From an uncultured Verrucomicrobiae bacterium (lineage in GTDB: Bacteria; Verrucomicrobiota; Verrucomicrobiia; Chthoniobacterales; Chthoniobacteraceae): a stretch of 64,000 bases of DNA. The notes under the pieces are model-generated. The model was not told the DNA's origin. It did no database searches and worked only from the letters and a program-made list of their open reading frames with translations. The first letter of the stretch is position 1. Every line of letters begins with the position of its first letter. Positions 10,106-21,383 of this stretch are shown here, one piece after another. Position numbers and translations under genes: made by a program. The DNA lies in assembly GCA_963769025.1 (NCBI GenBank), contig CAVYKI010000009.1, forward strand, positions 1,292,015 through 1,356,014. The letters run 5' to 3'.

Positions 10106-12901
10106 CTACTTCAGCGTCTTGATGAAAAGGATGAGCGATTCGATCTGCGAGTCGGTGAGGGCGCCGGCGTAGCTGGGCATGGCGTATTCGCCGCGCTCGT
10201 AGCCGGCGACGATTTTGGCGGAGGGATCGAGGATGGATTCGCGGAGGTAGGCGGCGTCCACGACGGCGTGGCCTTTCTTTTTCCCTGCGGTGAAGTAGTC
10301 GCGTTCGCTGCCGAACAGCCCCTTCCATGTGGGGCCGACGTGCGCCATGTCCTTCCCCTCCAGCGAATGGCACGCGGCGCAGCCGAACATCGTCGCGAGT
10401 CGGCGGCCTTCCTCGGGCGTCGCGGGCGCGGCGTTCTGCACCGTCGGGGCGCGGGGCGTGAGGTCCACGGTGATGTCGCCAAAGCCTTCGGACTGCGGGT
10501 CGAATTTCGCGAGTTCGTAAGGCGTGGTGTAGGCGTTGCCTTCGAAGCCCTGCAGGGCAGCCTCGCCGGAGCCGCCCGCATTTTCCCCGGTGTGAAGCTT
10601 GGGCGCTCTCGGCGAGAGCGCCCCACCTAGCGACCAGCCGATGCGGAGCTGCTGCACGGGCTTCATGCCGGACACGCCGACGAAGACACTCTTCCCGTCT
10701 TTCGAAAGATACGCGCTGCTCGCGGAGGGGAAGTCCTGGCCGGTGGTGCCGTCGGCTTTGTAGATGGCGGAGCCGTATTTGAACGTGCGCTTGTAGTGAA
10801 AGGTGGCGAGGGAGTAGCTCGCCGGGTCCGTCGCCTTCTTCGCGTCGAGCGGCACGTCGAAGCGGAGCAGCACGCCCTTGTCCATCGGCACGATTTCGCG
10901 CGGCAGGGTGGAAGGCGCTCCGGTGTAGCGCATGCGTGCGAGGCCGGCGATGCGCGTGGCGGTGGTGCCCCAGCCGACGATTTGGAAACCGGCGACGTAG
11001 AGCTGGCCGTCGGCGGGATTCACGGAGCCGTTGAGCGGCGGAAAGGCGAAGTCGCTCGTGACGCTGACGACGCCAGCCTGCGGTTTGGGCGTACGGTCAT
11101 TCAGCAGCACTCGGAAAATCTCGGGACGATTGAAGCCGATGTGGACGAGCGAGTCGTTGAGCGGGCCCATCTTCGCATCGAAGAGCCACACCTGCGAAAT
11201 GGCGGAAGCGTTCACCGCGTGCGGAATCCACACGAGCGGGTCGGCGATCGGCGCGGGATATTTCTCCTTCGGCTGCAGGTCGCTGAGGAAGCCGTAGAAC
11301 TGGCCGTCGCGCACGATGTGCAGCGGCGTGCTCGGGATGTACTGGCCCTCCTGGTCGGAGGCGGTGACGAGGCCGGTGCGGATGTTCACGCCGATGTTCG
11401 GCTGGCGGAAACCGTAGCCGAGCACGGTGGCCCGGCGTGCCGTCGGCGGAGATGCGGAGCACGCTGCCGTTGTGCTTGCCGAGCGTGGTCGCCTGCTGGC
11501 CGCCCTTCGCGATGACGAACTCGCCGCCGGGTGCGAGTTTCACGCCGCTGGGGAATTCGCGCATGTCGGCCGTCTGCGCGAAGGCGTTCGAGAACAGCTC
11601 GTGCACATCGGCCTCGCCGGTGCCGCGCGTGTCGCGCAGGCGCCAGATGCCGTTGCGGTCGAAGACAAAAATTTCGCTCGTCGCGAATCGCGAGCGACAT
11701 CGGCTCGTGGAGACCGGAGGCGAAGCGATTCCAGCGCACGGTGCCGCCTGTCTCGTTCAGATCCGCGGATGAACCACACATCGCCATCCACCGTCACGCC
11801 GACGCCGGTGCCGTCCTTGAGAAACTGGATGTCGCCGATGCGCACGTCGCGCTTCCACGGGTTGTCGAGCGGGAGCGCGATGTCGTCCACGACGTAGGCG
11901 TTGTCGGTGGAGGAGGACAATTTCACCTTGCTCGTGGCTTCCTGCGGCCAGCGCCGGGCCGGCGCGTCACGGGGAATCTCCCTCGGAGCGACGACGGGCG
12001 CCTTCCCGGAATCCGCGAGCGTGATGCAGAAACGCGCGGGCTCGCGGTGCTCCGGCACGCGGACGATCCACATCGCAGGGTCTTCCACAATTTCCGCCGT
12101 GTGCTGGGCGTGCGGCGTGCAGAGCGTGACGGATGCGACCACTTCCTCGACCGCGGCGTTGTTCTTCGCACCGACGATGAGCAGCAGCGGCTTTGCGCTC
12201 GCGCCGACCTCGATGTGACGCTCGATGATTGTCTGGTCGTCGCGCTCCGAGACGGTCGTCCATTCGCGCACCTCCGCGCCGCCCGCGGTGTATTCCAGAA
12301 CCACGCCGTCCTGCACGAGGCGCACGGCCTTGAATTTCCCCATCGCATCGGGAAGCGGTCCGCGGCCGACCTCCGCCGGGCTCGGCGCGGGCTCACGCGG
12401 GTCTTCGAGCACCGCGCGCTCTCCGGTCTGCCAACCGGGGTAGATGCCGTTTGAGAGCCACAATTTCCCGTCCGGCTGCGGCGCTGGAAATTGTCCGCCG
12501 GGCGTCTTGCGGCTGGAGTCGTGGTACGATCCCGGTGCGAGCGCCTTTGCCGTCACGCCCGGTCCGCGCCAAACGGCGGCGACGCGAAGCAGATCGGTAT
12601 CAAAGCACACCCAGCAGTCGTGCCCGAGATTCAGAACGATGCCGCGCGGCGTGAGATTGTTCGCGCCGACTCCCGCGTGGCGCGCATCGAGCACGGACGA
12701 GTAAAACGGGAAGTCCGGCTCGACCCACGCGACCCACGGAGACGGCGCTGCGGGCTTCTTTTCCTTCGGAGCAGCGGGCGCAAACGAAGCAGCGACGAAG
12801 AGGATCGCGAACGGGAGAATGTCGCAGGCGAGCACGCCCGCGAACAGTTTGCGACGGAGAAGGCACGCACGGCGTGAGAGCAAGGGGAACGCGAAGTTCA
12901 T
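10106..12901 (-). CDS. Large exported propeller-type protein with C-terminal c-type cytochrome (DUF6797-like; multiply frameshifted)
   Basis: Pieces in ORFs 11540..12937, 11386..11787, 11097..11606 and 10106..11425; FDTDLLRVAAVW, FASGLHEP, C-terminal CAACH heme motif and YLRESILDP...MPSY. Confidence 0.7.
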
Positions 12902-13038
12902 GCTCACATTGATGCCCCTTGCGCTTCCATTGCTCAAGATCGGCGATGCTGTGCTGCCTGCAGCAACACGAGCGCAACAGGCCTCGCCCTTCGAAGGTCG
13001 CCTACGAAATAACGCGGCCTATGAAAATGCTGCCAGCC

Positions 13039-13335
13039 CTACGGACCGGGAGGACGGCCACCGGGACGCGGCTTGCCTGGTGCCGGCTTGCCGGGGGCGG
13101 GCCTCCCGGGCGCCGCACCCGGTCCACGCACGATCGGCCCCGGCCTGCGAACAACGGGAACCTGCGGCGGCCTCCCGGGGATTCCCGGGCCGGGTCGATA
13201 GAGAGGTCGGACGGAAACAACCGGCCCGGGATGGCCACGATACGCCGGCCTTCCACCGGGATGCGGCGAAGGGGGAGGCAGACAGCCGGTGAGAGCGGTG
13301 CAGATGACGAGGCAGACAGGGACGAGCGGTTTCAT
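13039..13335 (-). CDS. Small Pro/Gly-rich putative lipoprotein
   Basis: Signal peptide with lipobox ALTGC followed by PG-rich low-complexity sequence. Confidence 0.55.
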   Translation of the reverse strand: MKPLVPVCLVICTALTGCLPPPSPHPGGRPAYRGHPGPVVSVRPLYRPGPGIPGRPPQVPVVRRPGPIVRGPGAAPGRPAPGKPAPGKPRPGGRPPGP

Positions 13336-13397
13336 GGGGTGTGGGATGCGCTATTAGCCCGCAGCGCGGGCGATTGCATTCAAAAAACAATCCGCGC

Positions 13398-14359
13398 TCA
13401 CTTCATCCGGTCGAAGTTCTTCTGCAAAATCTGCCAGTCGGCGAGACCCCCGACCTTCGCGCGGCTGTCGGCGATGAGCTTTGCTTCGTTCGCGTTCTTC
13501 GTCGGGCGGTTCACCTTGTAGAAAAGTGCCGAACAATCCCGGCCACGGGGCGTCGCACAGCTTGTAGGCGGCGTATTCGTCGGTCACGTCGTGCTCGGCG
13601 GGAATCTCGGGGAAGGTGCCGCCTTTGCGCGGGATCGCGGCGTCGAACGCGCCGGGGAAAAACTCGATGCACTCGCTGAGGCACTCGATGAACGAGAAGC
13701 CGTCGTGATCCATCGCCGCCTCCATGAGTCTTGAGCAGATGCGGGATATTGGTCGCCGTGCTGCGCGCGACGAAAGTGGCGCCGGCGCGATGGCCTGCTT
13801 CATCGGATTGATCGGGCGGTCGGTGCGTGCCGCCGATATCCGTCTTCGATTTGAAGCCGAGCGGCGATGTCGGCGAGGTCTGCTTTTTGGTGAGGCCATA
13901 GACGAAGTTGTCCATGACCACGTAGGTCATCTTCACGTTCTTGCGCGCGGTGTGCGTGAAGTGATTTCCGCCGATCGAAAATGCGTCGCCGTCGCCGCCG
14001 AAGACGAACACATGCAGGTCGGGACGCGAGAGCGAGACGCCGCTGGCAAACGCCAGCGCGCGCCCGTGGATGAAGTGCGCGCCGTGCGCCTGCACGAAAT
14101 ACGGGAAGCGCGACGAGCAGCCGATGCCCGCGACGGTGCAGATTTTCTCGTGCCAGATTTTCCGCTTCTCGATGAGCTTGTAGTAGAGCGCGAGGACGCT
14201 GAAGTCGCCGCAGCCGGGGCACCACGTCGGGTGGTCGGCGGCGGTCTCCTTTTTCGTGAGCGGCTTGCGGTCGGCGTCGGCGAGAGGCGCGGGCGCGGGC
14301 AGCGTGGCGGCGACGCCGGTGCGGGGGAGGGTTTCGTTGGGAATGGCGATGGTGCTCAT
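13398..14359 (-). CDS. korB: 2-oxoacid:ferredoxin oxidoreductase beta subunit (frameshifted)
   Basis: WCPGCGD, GIGCSSRFP, GGDGDAFSIGGNH TPP motif and DNFVYGLTKKQTSPT; C-terminus spread across frames to the stop at 13398. Confidence 0.9.
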
Positions 14360-14377
14360 ATCGGGAAAAGTGCGGGG

Positions 14378-16187
14378 TTACTTCGTGAGGGTGAGGGCGC
14401 GCGTGAGGATTTCCTTCACCTTCCACGGGAGGCCGTCGGTCTTGGTGACGCTCTGGATGCGCGGGTCGCAATAGCGCGCGCGGAGGATCGAGGCGAGCTG
14501 GCCGTGGCCGTAGAGGCCCTCGTCGTTGAGTCTCGCACGACGACGACGTGCGTGAAACCGCTGAAGATTTTTTCGAGCCCGTTCGGGCAGCGGGTTGAGG
14601 TACTTGATGTGCAGGCCGGAAACGGCCTCGCCCTGCAGGCGGCCGTGCTTCACGGCTTCCTCGATCGGGCCTTTGCTCGAGCCCCAGCCGACGAGCAGCA
14701 CGTGGCCCTCGGAGGCGCCGTAGATGTTCGGGACGGGCAGATCTCCGCGGCGAGCTTGCGGAGCTTGTTGCGGCGCTTCGCGTTCATCTGCGTGTGCAGC
14801 TTGCCGGAGCCGGTCGGGTGGCCGAGTTCGTCGTGTTCGAGGCCGGTGACGACAGGATATTTGCCGCTCGCGACGCGCGTGCCCGGCGCGACGTGGCGCG
14901 TGATGCCGTCGGGCGCGGAGAGGTCGTAGGGCTTGTGATCGGCGACGGGCGTGAAGTCCGGCGAGATGTCCTGGCAGACGTTCTGAAGATCGGGACAGGG
15001 GAACGCCTCGATGCGCGTGGCGATGCCCTGGTCGCTGAGGATGAGCACGGGCGTGCTGAATATTTGCGCGCGATGTTCACCGCCTCGATCGCCGTGTAGA
15101 AGCAGTCCTCCACGCTCGACGGCGCGAGCACCACGCGCGGGCTGTCGCCGTGGCCGCCGAAGCACGCGATGTTCAGGTCGCTCTGCTCGACGATTCGTCG
15201 GCATGCCGGTGCTGGGTCCGCCGCGCTGCACGTCGATGACCACGACCGGCATCTCCGCCATCGAGGCCCAGCCGAGCGCCTCGGTCTTCAGCGAAATGCC
15301 CGGCCCGCTCGAGCCGGTCACCGCGACGCGCCCGCCGTAGCTCGCCGCCGAGCGCCATCGAGATCGCCGCGATTTCATCCTCGGTCTGGACGAAAGTGCC
15401 GCCGTATTTCGGCAGCTCGCGCCGCAGCAGTTCCATGATGTCGCTCCACGGCGTGATCGGATAGCCCGCGCCGAAGCGCACGCCCGCGGCGATGATCCCG
15501 TAGGCCAGCGCCTCGTTGCCGCTCATCACCACCTGCGGCGCGCCCGGTGTGCTCGCGTGCTCAAATTGGAAGGACTCGCATCAGCCCCTGGATCTGATGC
15601 CCGTAGCCTGCGTTGAAACACGCGAGCGCATTTTTCACGATCGACGGATCCTTTCCGCCGAAGCGCTCCTCGATCAGCTTCGTGAGCTTCGGCACATTCA
15701 GGTCGAACATCCGCGCGATCAGCCCGAGCGCGTAAATGTTCTTCCCCTTGTCGCGCCCCGTCCCGCCGATCGCCTCGACCGTGAGCGACGAAATCGGCAC
15801 GCCGACATGATGATACGTGCCGAGCAGTTCCTCGTTCGGCTTCACGTGGTCGCAGTCGTAGAGCACGATGCCGCCGCGCTTCAGCGAGCTGATGTGGTTT
15901 GCGTAGCTGTGATCGTAAAAGCACAGCAGCACGTCCGCCTCGTCGCCCGCGCTGAGCACTTCGCCGGAGCCGATGCGCACCTGGAAAATGGACGGCCCGC
16001 CCGAGATGGTGGACGGGATGGTCATGAACGTCATCACCTCCTGCTCGCTGCGCCCCGCGAGCCGCGCGAGGAAGCCGCCGATGGCCTGGATGCCGTCCTG
16101 AGAATTGCCCGCGATGCGGATGACGCTTTCAGCAATCTTGGAAACTTGGGAACCGCTCGGAGTGGCGGCGGCAGTGGTGTCGCTCAT
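14378..16187 (-). CDS. korA: 2-oxoacid:acceptor oxidoreductase alpha subunit (gamma-alpha fusion; several frameshifts)
   Basis: [67 protein letters not shown] and VGWGSSKG in successive frames. Confidence 0.9.
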
Positions 16188-16215
16188 TGGATGTAGGAAG
16201 TGGAAAAGGGGCGTG

Positions 16216-16243
16216 AAAGTAGCAACCGCCGATTGCTGGTCAA
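16216..16243 (-). promoter_or_regulatory. Putative sigma70-type promoter TTGACC-N16-TACTTT for korAB
   Basis: Good -35/-10 match about 30 nt upstream of the korA start. Confidence 0.45.
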
Positions 16244-16317
16244 GACCGGCAGTACCGTGAAAGGGGATACAAAGACAACCGCCCCGCCACTGCCGGGCTT
16301 TGAGCATTCCCCCGGGA

Positions 16318-17784
16318 TTACGTGAGGACGTCGTTCACCACCTCGCCATGCACATCCGTGAGGCGGAAGTCGCGGCCTGCATAGCGGTAGGTGAATTTCT
16401 CGTGGTCGAAGCCGAGCAGCTTGAGAATCGTCGCATGCAGGTCGTGGACATGGACCGGCTTTTCCACGGCCTTGAAACCGAACTCATCGGTCGCGCCGTG
16501 GATGTGGCCGCCCTTCACGCCGCCGCCAGCCATCCAAAGCGTGAAGCCGTGGTGGTTGTGATCGCGGCCGTTTTTCACTCCGGCATTGTTTGAGCCGGGC
16601 GTGGAAATCTCGACGGTGGGCGTGCGGCCGAATTCACCGGAGCAGATGACGAGCGTGTCCTTGAGCATGTCGCGCTGCTTGAGGTCGGCGAGCAGCGCCG
16701 CGATGCCCTGGTCGCATTCGCCTGCGAGCTTGCGGTGATTCTTCTCGATCTCGTCGTGGCTGTCCCACGGCTGCCCGTCGCCGTGCCAGACTTGGACGAA
16801 ACGCACGCCTTTCTCCAGCAGCCGTCGCGCGATGAGGAACTGCTCGGCTTGCTTGCCCGTGCCGTACATCTCGCGAATGGCCGAGGGCTCGCGCGTGACG
16901 TCAAATGCATCGCTCGCGTCCATCTGCATGCGGTAGGCGAGTTCGAACGACTGGATGCGCGCCTCGAGTTGCGCGTCCTTCGCGCGCTTGGCGAGGTGCT
17001 CGGAGTTCAGGCGCTGGAGCAGGTCCAGTTGCGCCCGTTGCTCGGGCAAGGTCACGCGCTTGTTGTGAATGTTTTCGATCAGTTCCTCGATGGTCTGCTT
17101 GCGCGTGTCCACGTAGGTACCCTGGAAAATGCCGGGCAGGAATCCGCTCTGCCAGTTCTGCGATTCCTGGATCGGGTAGCCGGGACACAGCGAGACGAAG
17201 CCGGGGAGATTCTGGTTTTCCGTGCCGAGGCCGTAGGTGATCCACGAGCCCATGCTCGGGCGAGGCAGGCGCGAATCGCCGCAGTTCATCAGCAGCAGCG
17301 ACGGCTCGTGGTTAGGCACGTCCGCGCGCATCGAGCGGATGAAGCACATGTCGTCCACGTGCGCGGCGGTCTTGGCAAAAAGCTCGCTGACCTCGATTCC
17401 GGCCTTGCCGTATTTCTGGAAGGAGAACGGCGACTTGAATGCCGTCGTCGTCTTGCGCTCGGTCTGCAGCTTCGTCGGGATTTCCTTGCCGTGCCACTTG
17501 TCGAGCTCGGGCTTCGGATCGAACGTGTCCACCTGCGACGCGCCGCCATTCAGGAAAATGTGGATGACGCGCTTCGCCTTCGGCGCAAAGTGCCACGGCT
17601 TGCGCGCGGCGAGCGGGTTCGTGCTGGAAATCTGTTCCGCCGCGGATGCCCCGGCGGGACCGAAGATGCCGCTTTCACCAAAAAGACCGCCGAGCGCGAG
17701 CATGCCCATGCCCATCCCTGTCCTTCGCACGAAGTCGCGACGGGTGAGGAAAAGGTGATCGGTCGGTGTGGTGTGATGGCTCAT
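16318..17784 (-). CDS. DUF1501 domain protein (Tat substrate)
   Basis: TRRDFV Tat motif, AKRVIHIFLNGGASQVDTFDPKP, RRLLEKGVRFVQ, WDSH, GEFGRTP and GRDHN. Confidence 0.92.
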   Translation of the reverse strand: MSHHTTPTDHLFLTRRDFVRRTGMGMGMLALGGLFGESGIFGPAGASAAEQISSTNPLAARKPWHFAPKAKRVIHIFLNGGASQVDTFDPKPELDKWHGKEIPTKLQTERKTTTAFKSPFSFQKYGKAGIEVSELFAKTAAHVDDMCFIRSMRADVPNHEPSLLLMNCGDSRLPRPSMGSWITYGLGTENQNLPGFVSLCPGYPIQESQNWQSGFLPGIFQGTYVDTRKQTIEELIENIHNKRVTLPEQRAQLDLLQRLNSEHLAKRAKDAQLEARIQSFELAYRMQMDASDAFDVTREPSAIREMYGTGKQAEQFLIARRLLEKGVRFVQVWHGDGQPWDSHDEIEKNHRKLAGECDQGIAALLADLKQRDMLKDTLVICSGEFGRTPTVEISTPGSNNAGVKNGRDHNHHGFTLWMAGGGVKGGHIHGATDEFGFKAVEKPVHVHDLHATILKLLGFDHEKFTYRYAGRDFRLTDVHGEVVNDVLT

Positions 17785-17992
17785 CGGTTTCGCAGCAACA
17801 ATCCAGCCCCCAGCCGGGCCTTAGATGCCGCAAGGAAGCTAGGACGCCAATGCCGGGAAAGCAACGGAATCAGCACCGAACAGCGCGTACACGAAGTCTC
17901 GCGCCCACGGATGGAATGCAGCGCGGAAGCTGGCCCGCGCAAGTTCAGGCGAGTGCTCCGCCCGATGCTGATGGGATGCCGGTCGGACCGGA

Positions 17993-18430
17993 CTAGTAGC
18001 GGTCTCGGCCACCGCCGCCACCGCCGCCACCGCCGCCACCACCACCGCCGCCGTAGCCGCCACCGCCGCCACCGCCGCCACGATAGGGACGGCGTCCGCC
18101 GCCACCACCACCGCCGCCGCGATCTCCGTAACCGCCGCCACCTCCGCGAGGAGGGCCGTCAAAGGAACGGGGAGGACGATCTTCCTTGGGCCGGGCGATG
18201 TTCACCTGCAGCTTGCGTCCGTCCACTTCCTGGCCGTTGAGGACTTCGATCACTTTGTTGGCTTCCTCTTCAGAGGACATCGTGACGAATGCGAAGCCGC
18301 GCGAACGACCGGTCGCCCGGTCAAGCATGAGGCTGCATTCCGTGACGGTGCCGCAAGCGGCGCATGCTGATTCAATGGCTCCCTCGGTGGTGGTCCAGGC
18401 GAGGTTGCCGACAAACAATTTGTTGTTCAT
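17993..18430 (-). CDS. RRM (RNP) RNA-binding protein with Gly-rich tail
   Basis: RNP2 LFVGNL and RNP1 RGFAFVTM; Gly/Arg/Tyr-rich C-terminus encoded by GGY repeats. Confidence 0.95.
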   Translation of the reverse strand: MNNKLFVGNLAWTTTEGAIESACAACGTVTECSLMLDRATGRSRGFAFVTMSSEEEANKVIEVLNGQEVDGRKLQVNIARPKEDRPPRSFDGPPRGGGGGYGDRGGGGGGGGRRPYRGGGGGGGGYGGGGGGGGGGGGGGGRDRY

Positions 18431-18578
18431 GGATTACTGTTAACTGTGTTCTTGCCGCAGACCGACATGGCGACTCGGGGAGGCGCGCTGATTGACCGCT
18501 GGCATGACGCCAGAACCGCACAGTTGCGCTGTTCCGGCGGGGACCAATGGACTACCCGGCTGTCTAACGACGCGGCGG

Positions 18579-18607
18579 ACAGTGGGCGAAGGCCCGGGGG
18601 CTGGCAA
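18579..18607 (-). promoter_or_regulatory. Putative promoter TTGCCA-N17-CACTGT defining a ~145-nt leader of the RRM gene
   Basis: Pattern match; the -10 box is non-canonical. Confidence 0.35.
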
Positions 18608-18707
18608 GCACGAATCAGCAGTGTTGGAGGCCTGGGATTTCGCGGACCGAACGCCGCACCTAAAATTTTGCGGCACTCTGCTTCCAACCCGGCTATGGAT
18701 CTGCCCC

Positions 18708-19937
18708 ATGCTCGCCCGCCGTTCATTTCTCCGAACCCTCGCCGCCGCTGCGATCGTCCCGTCGCTCAGAAGCCAGGAAGTTGAGAAGCTCCCGCCGGTC
18801 CGCGCCATCACACGCGGGCCGAAATTCCACTGGTTCGCCTACTACGATAAATTCCAGTTTGACCCGACGGATCGCTTCGTCCTCGCGAATGAGGTGGATT
18901 TCGAAGGCCGCTCGCCAACACCGGATGACGTGATTCGCACCGGCATGGTGGATCTGCAGGACGGTGACAAATGGATCGAACTCGGCGAGTCGCGCGCATG
19001 GAATTGGCAGCAGGGCTGCATGCTCCAATGGGTGCCGGGCACGGCCTCGACCGTGATGTGGAATGACCGCGAGGGCGATCAGTTCGTCTGCCGCATCATG
19101 GACGTGAAGACCGGCAAACGCCGCACGATTCCGCATCCGATCTATGCGCTGAGCCCGGATGGAACCTCGGGCATTTCGCCGGACTTCCGCCGGCTGAACG
19201 ACACGCGCCCCGGCTACGGATACTGCGGTGTGCCGGACCCGAATCGCGACGTGCTCGCGCCGGAGGACGCGGGCATCTGGAAGACGGACATGGCGACGGG
19301 AAAGCAGACGCTGCTGCTTTCATTCGCGGAGGTCGCGAAGGTCGCGCAGCCGGGCGGATTTTCGAACGGCTCGAAGCACTGGTTCAATCACCTGCTCGTC
19401 GCGCCGGATGGAAAGCGCTTCACTTTCCTCCATCGATGGAAAGGCGAGGCCGAGGGGAAAAGCTGGAAGACGCGGCAGTTCACCGTGGGCGCGGACGGCA
19501 AGGACCTCCATCTGCTGAACCCGAGCGGCAAAGTCTCGCACTTTATCTGGCGCGACGCGACGCACATCCTCGCCTACGCCGGGTGGGACGAGCAGATCTG
19601 GCGCTTCCAGGTTTTCGAGGACAGGACCAACAAGGCCGAGGCGATCGACGGCATGCTGCCCGTGGACGGACACTGCACCTACCTGCCGGGCAACGAGTGG
19701 ATCCTGAACGACACGTATCCCGACAAGGAACGCAACCAGAAGCCGTATCTTTTCCATCTGCCGACCGGACGGCTGCACCTGCTCGGGAAGTTTCAGTCGC
19801 CAAAGGAATACACGGGCGAGTGGCGATGCGATACGCATCCACGCAGTTCGCGAAATGGAAAATTCGCGTGTATCGACAGCCCGCATGCCGGAGGGCGCCA
19901 GTTGCATCTCATCGACCTGCGCCCGATCACCGGCTGA
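18708..19937 (+). CDS. Tat-exported beta-propeller protein (TolB/oligogalacturonate-lyase-like), function unknown
   Basis: MLARRSFL Tat signal; AWNWQQG, WFNH, DGHCTY and RCDTHPR motifs. Confidence 0.7.
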   Translation: MLARRSFLRTLAAAAIVPSLRSQEVEKLPPVRAITRGPKFHWFAYYDKFQFDPTDRFVLANEVDFEGRSPTPDDVIRTGMVDLQDGDKWIELGESRAWNWQQGCMLQWVPGTASTVMWNDREGDQFVCRIMDVKTGKRRTIPHPIYALSPDGTSGISPDFRRLNDTRPGYGYCGVPDPNRDVLAPEDAGIWKTDMATGKQTLLLSFAEVAKVAQPGGFSNGSKHWFNHLLVAPDGKRFTFLHRWKGEAEGKSWKTRQFTVGADGKDLHLLNPSGKVSHFIWRDATHILAYAGWDEQIWRFQVFEDRTNKAEAIDGMLPVDGHCTYLPGNEWILNDTYPDKERNQKPYLFHLPTGRLHLLGKFQSPKEYTGEWRCDTHPRSSRNGKFACIDSPHAGGRQLHLIDLRPITG

Positions 19938-20068
19938 GGGGACGGATCATCACTTTTCCGCAGTGCGACGGCCGAAGCAGCCGGGCACGGCGGCGACGAC
20001 GATGCCGGATGAAAATCCATGCACCGGGATTTTCTCGCCTCATCCGCGGTGCCCGGCAAAGTGCGCGC

Positions 20069-21295
20069 ATGGCGGATTTTTTTCAGACTGGCGCGATCGC
20101 CACGCTGCACCGACTCGGACCGCCGAACGTCGCGCGGTTGGAGGCGGAGCTGTGCGCGCTCGCCCCGGCCGCGCCCATCGCGCTCGTGCTGCCGTGCCAC
20201 GTCCGCGAGTTTGGCACGCCGGCGCTGGAGCGGATTCTCGGTGAGTTGCAAGCCGTCGGCTACCTGCGGCAAATCGTCGTCGGGATCGATGGCGCGGACA
20301 CGGCGGCAAAATGGAACCGTGCTCGGAAAATCTTCAGCGTGCTGCCGCAAAAGCCGCTGTTGCTCTGGAACGACGGCCCGCGCTTTTCCCGCCTGCTGCG
20401 GACGCTGGCGCGCCACCGTCTCGGCGACGGCCCGCCAGGGAAAGGGCGCAACGTCTGGCTGTGCCTCGGCGCCGTCCTCGCCGACGGGAAGTCGCGCGTG
20501 ATCGCGCTGCACGACTGCGACATCGTGAACTACTCGCGCGAATTGCTCACGCGGCTCTGCTACCCGCTCGCGAATCCGGCGCTCGGTTTCGCTTTCTGCA
20601 AAGGCTACTACGCGCGCGTCTCGGACCGGCTGCACGGGCGTGTCACGCGGCTGCTGGTCGCGCCGCTGCTCCGGGCGATGCAGAACATCATCGGGCCGCA
20701 TCCTTTTCTTTCGTATCTCGAGGCTTTCCGCTACCCGCTCGCGGGCGAGGTGGCGCTGCACACGGATCACGCGCGCCGCCTGCGCGTCCCGCGCGACTGG
20801 GCGCTGGAGCTCGGCATCCTCGCCGAGACCTACCGCCATTGCGCGCCGCGTGCCGTGTGCCAGGCGGAGCTTTGCGACAACTACGATCACAAGCACCAGA
20901 GCCTCTCGCCGCGCGATCCTTCCCGCGGTCTCCACAAGGTGGCGCGCGAGGTCACGCTCGCATTCTTCCGCAGCATGAGCGGCGAGGGCGTGAAAATGGA
21001 CGCCAGCCTGCTCGACACGCTCCTCGCGGCTTACCAGCGTCATGCAGCCGGAGCCTTGCGCCTGTATTCCGCGGATGCGCTCATTAACTCCCTCGAATAC
21101 CCGCGCCGCGACGAGGAACTGGCGGTGGACACTTTTGTCCGCGCGATTCAGGAGGCGGCCCGCGCGTTCCTCCACGCACCAGCCGATTGCCCCGCCGCGC
21201 CGAGTTGGGACCGCGTGGAGGAGGAATTGCCCGATTTCCTGCCCTCGTTGCGCGAAGCCATCGCCTCGGATAACGCTTCACGCCGGAAGCAATGA
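20069..21295 (+). CDS. Glucosyl/mannosyl-3-phosphoglycerate synthase-like glycosyltransferase
   Basis: MADFFQTGAIATLH, GKGRNVW, LHDCDI, FCKGYYAR, GRVTRLLV, YPLAGE and YDHKHQ. Confidence 0.8.
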   Translation: MADFFQTGAIATLHRLGPPNVARLEAELCALAPAAPIALVLPCHVREFGTPALERILGELQAVGYLRQIVVGIDGADTAAKWNRARKIFSVLPQKPLLLWNDGPRFSRLLRTLARHRLGDGPPGKGRNVWLCLGAVLADGKSRVIALHDCDIVNYSRELLTRLCYPLANPALGFAFCKGYYARVSDRLHGRVTRLLVAPLLRAMQNIIGPHPFLSYLEAFRYPLAGEVALHTDHARRLRVPRDWALELGILAETYRHCAPRAVCQAELCDNYDHKHQSLSPRDPSRGLHKVAREVTLAFFRSMSGEGVKMDASLLDTLLAAYQRHAAGALRLYSADALINSLEYPRRDEELAVDTFVRAIQEAARAFLHAPADCPAAPSWDRVEEELPDFLPSLREAIASDNASRRKQ

Positions 21296-21383
21296 AACGG
21301 CCCGGGCCCAAGATTGCCCTTGACCATGCATGGCAGGCTCGCGATGTTCCGCGCCCTTTTCACCCGTAACCTTACCTAAATTT

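Noticed and set aside
13398..16187. korAB as pseudogenes or programmed-frameshift genes
   Set aside because: Motifs are intact and indels affect many unrelated genes, so sequencing error is the simpler explanation.
17996..18145. (CCG/CCA)n trinucleotide-like repeats
   Set aside because: They encode the Gly-rich tail of the RRM protein and are not a separate element.
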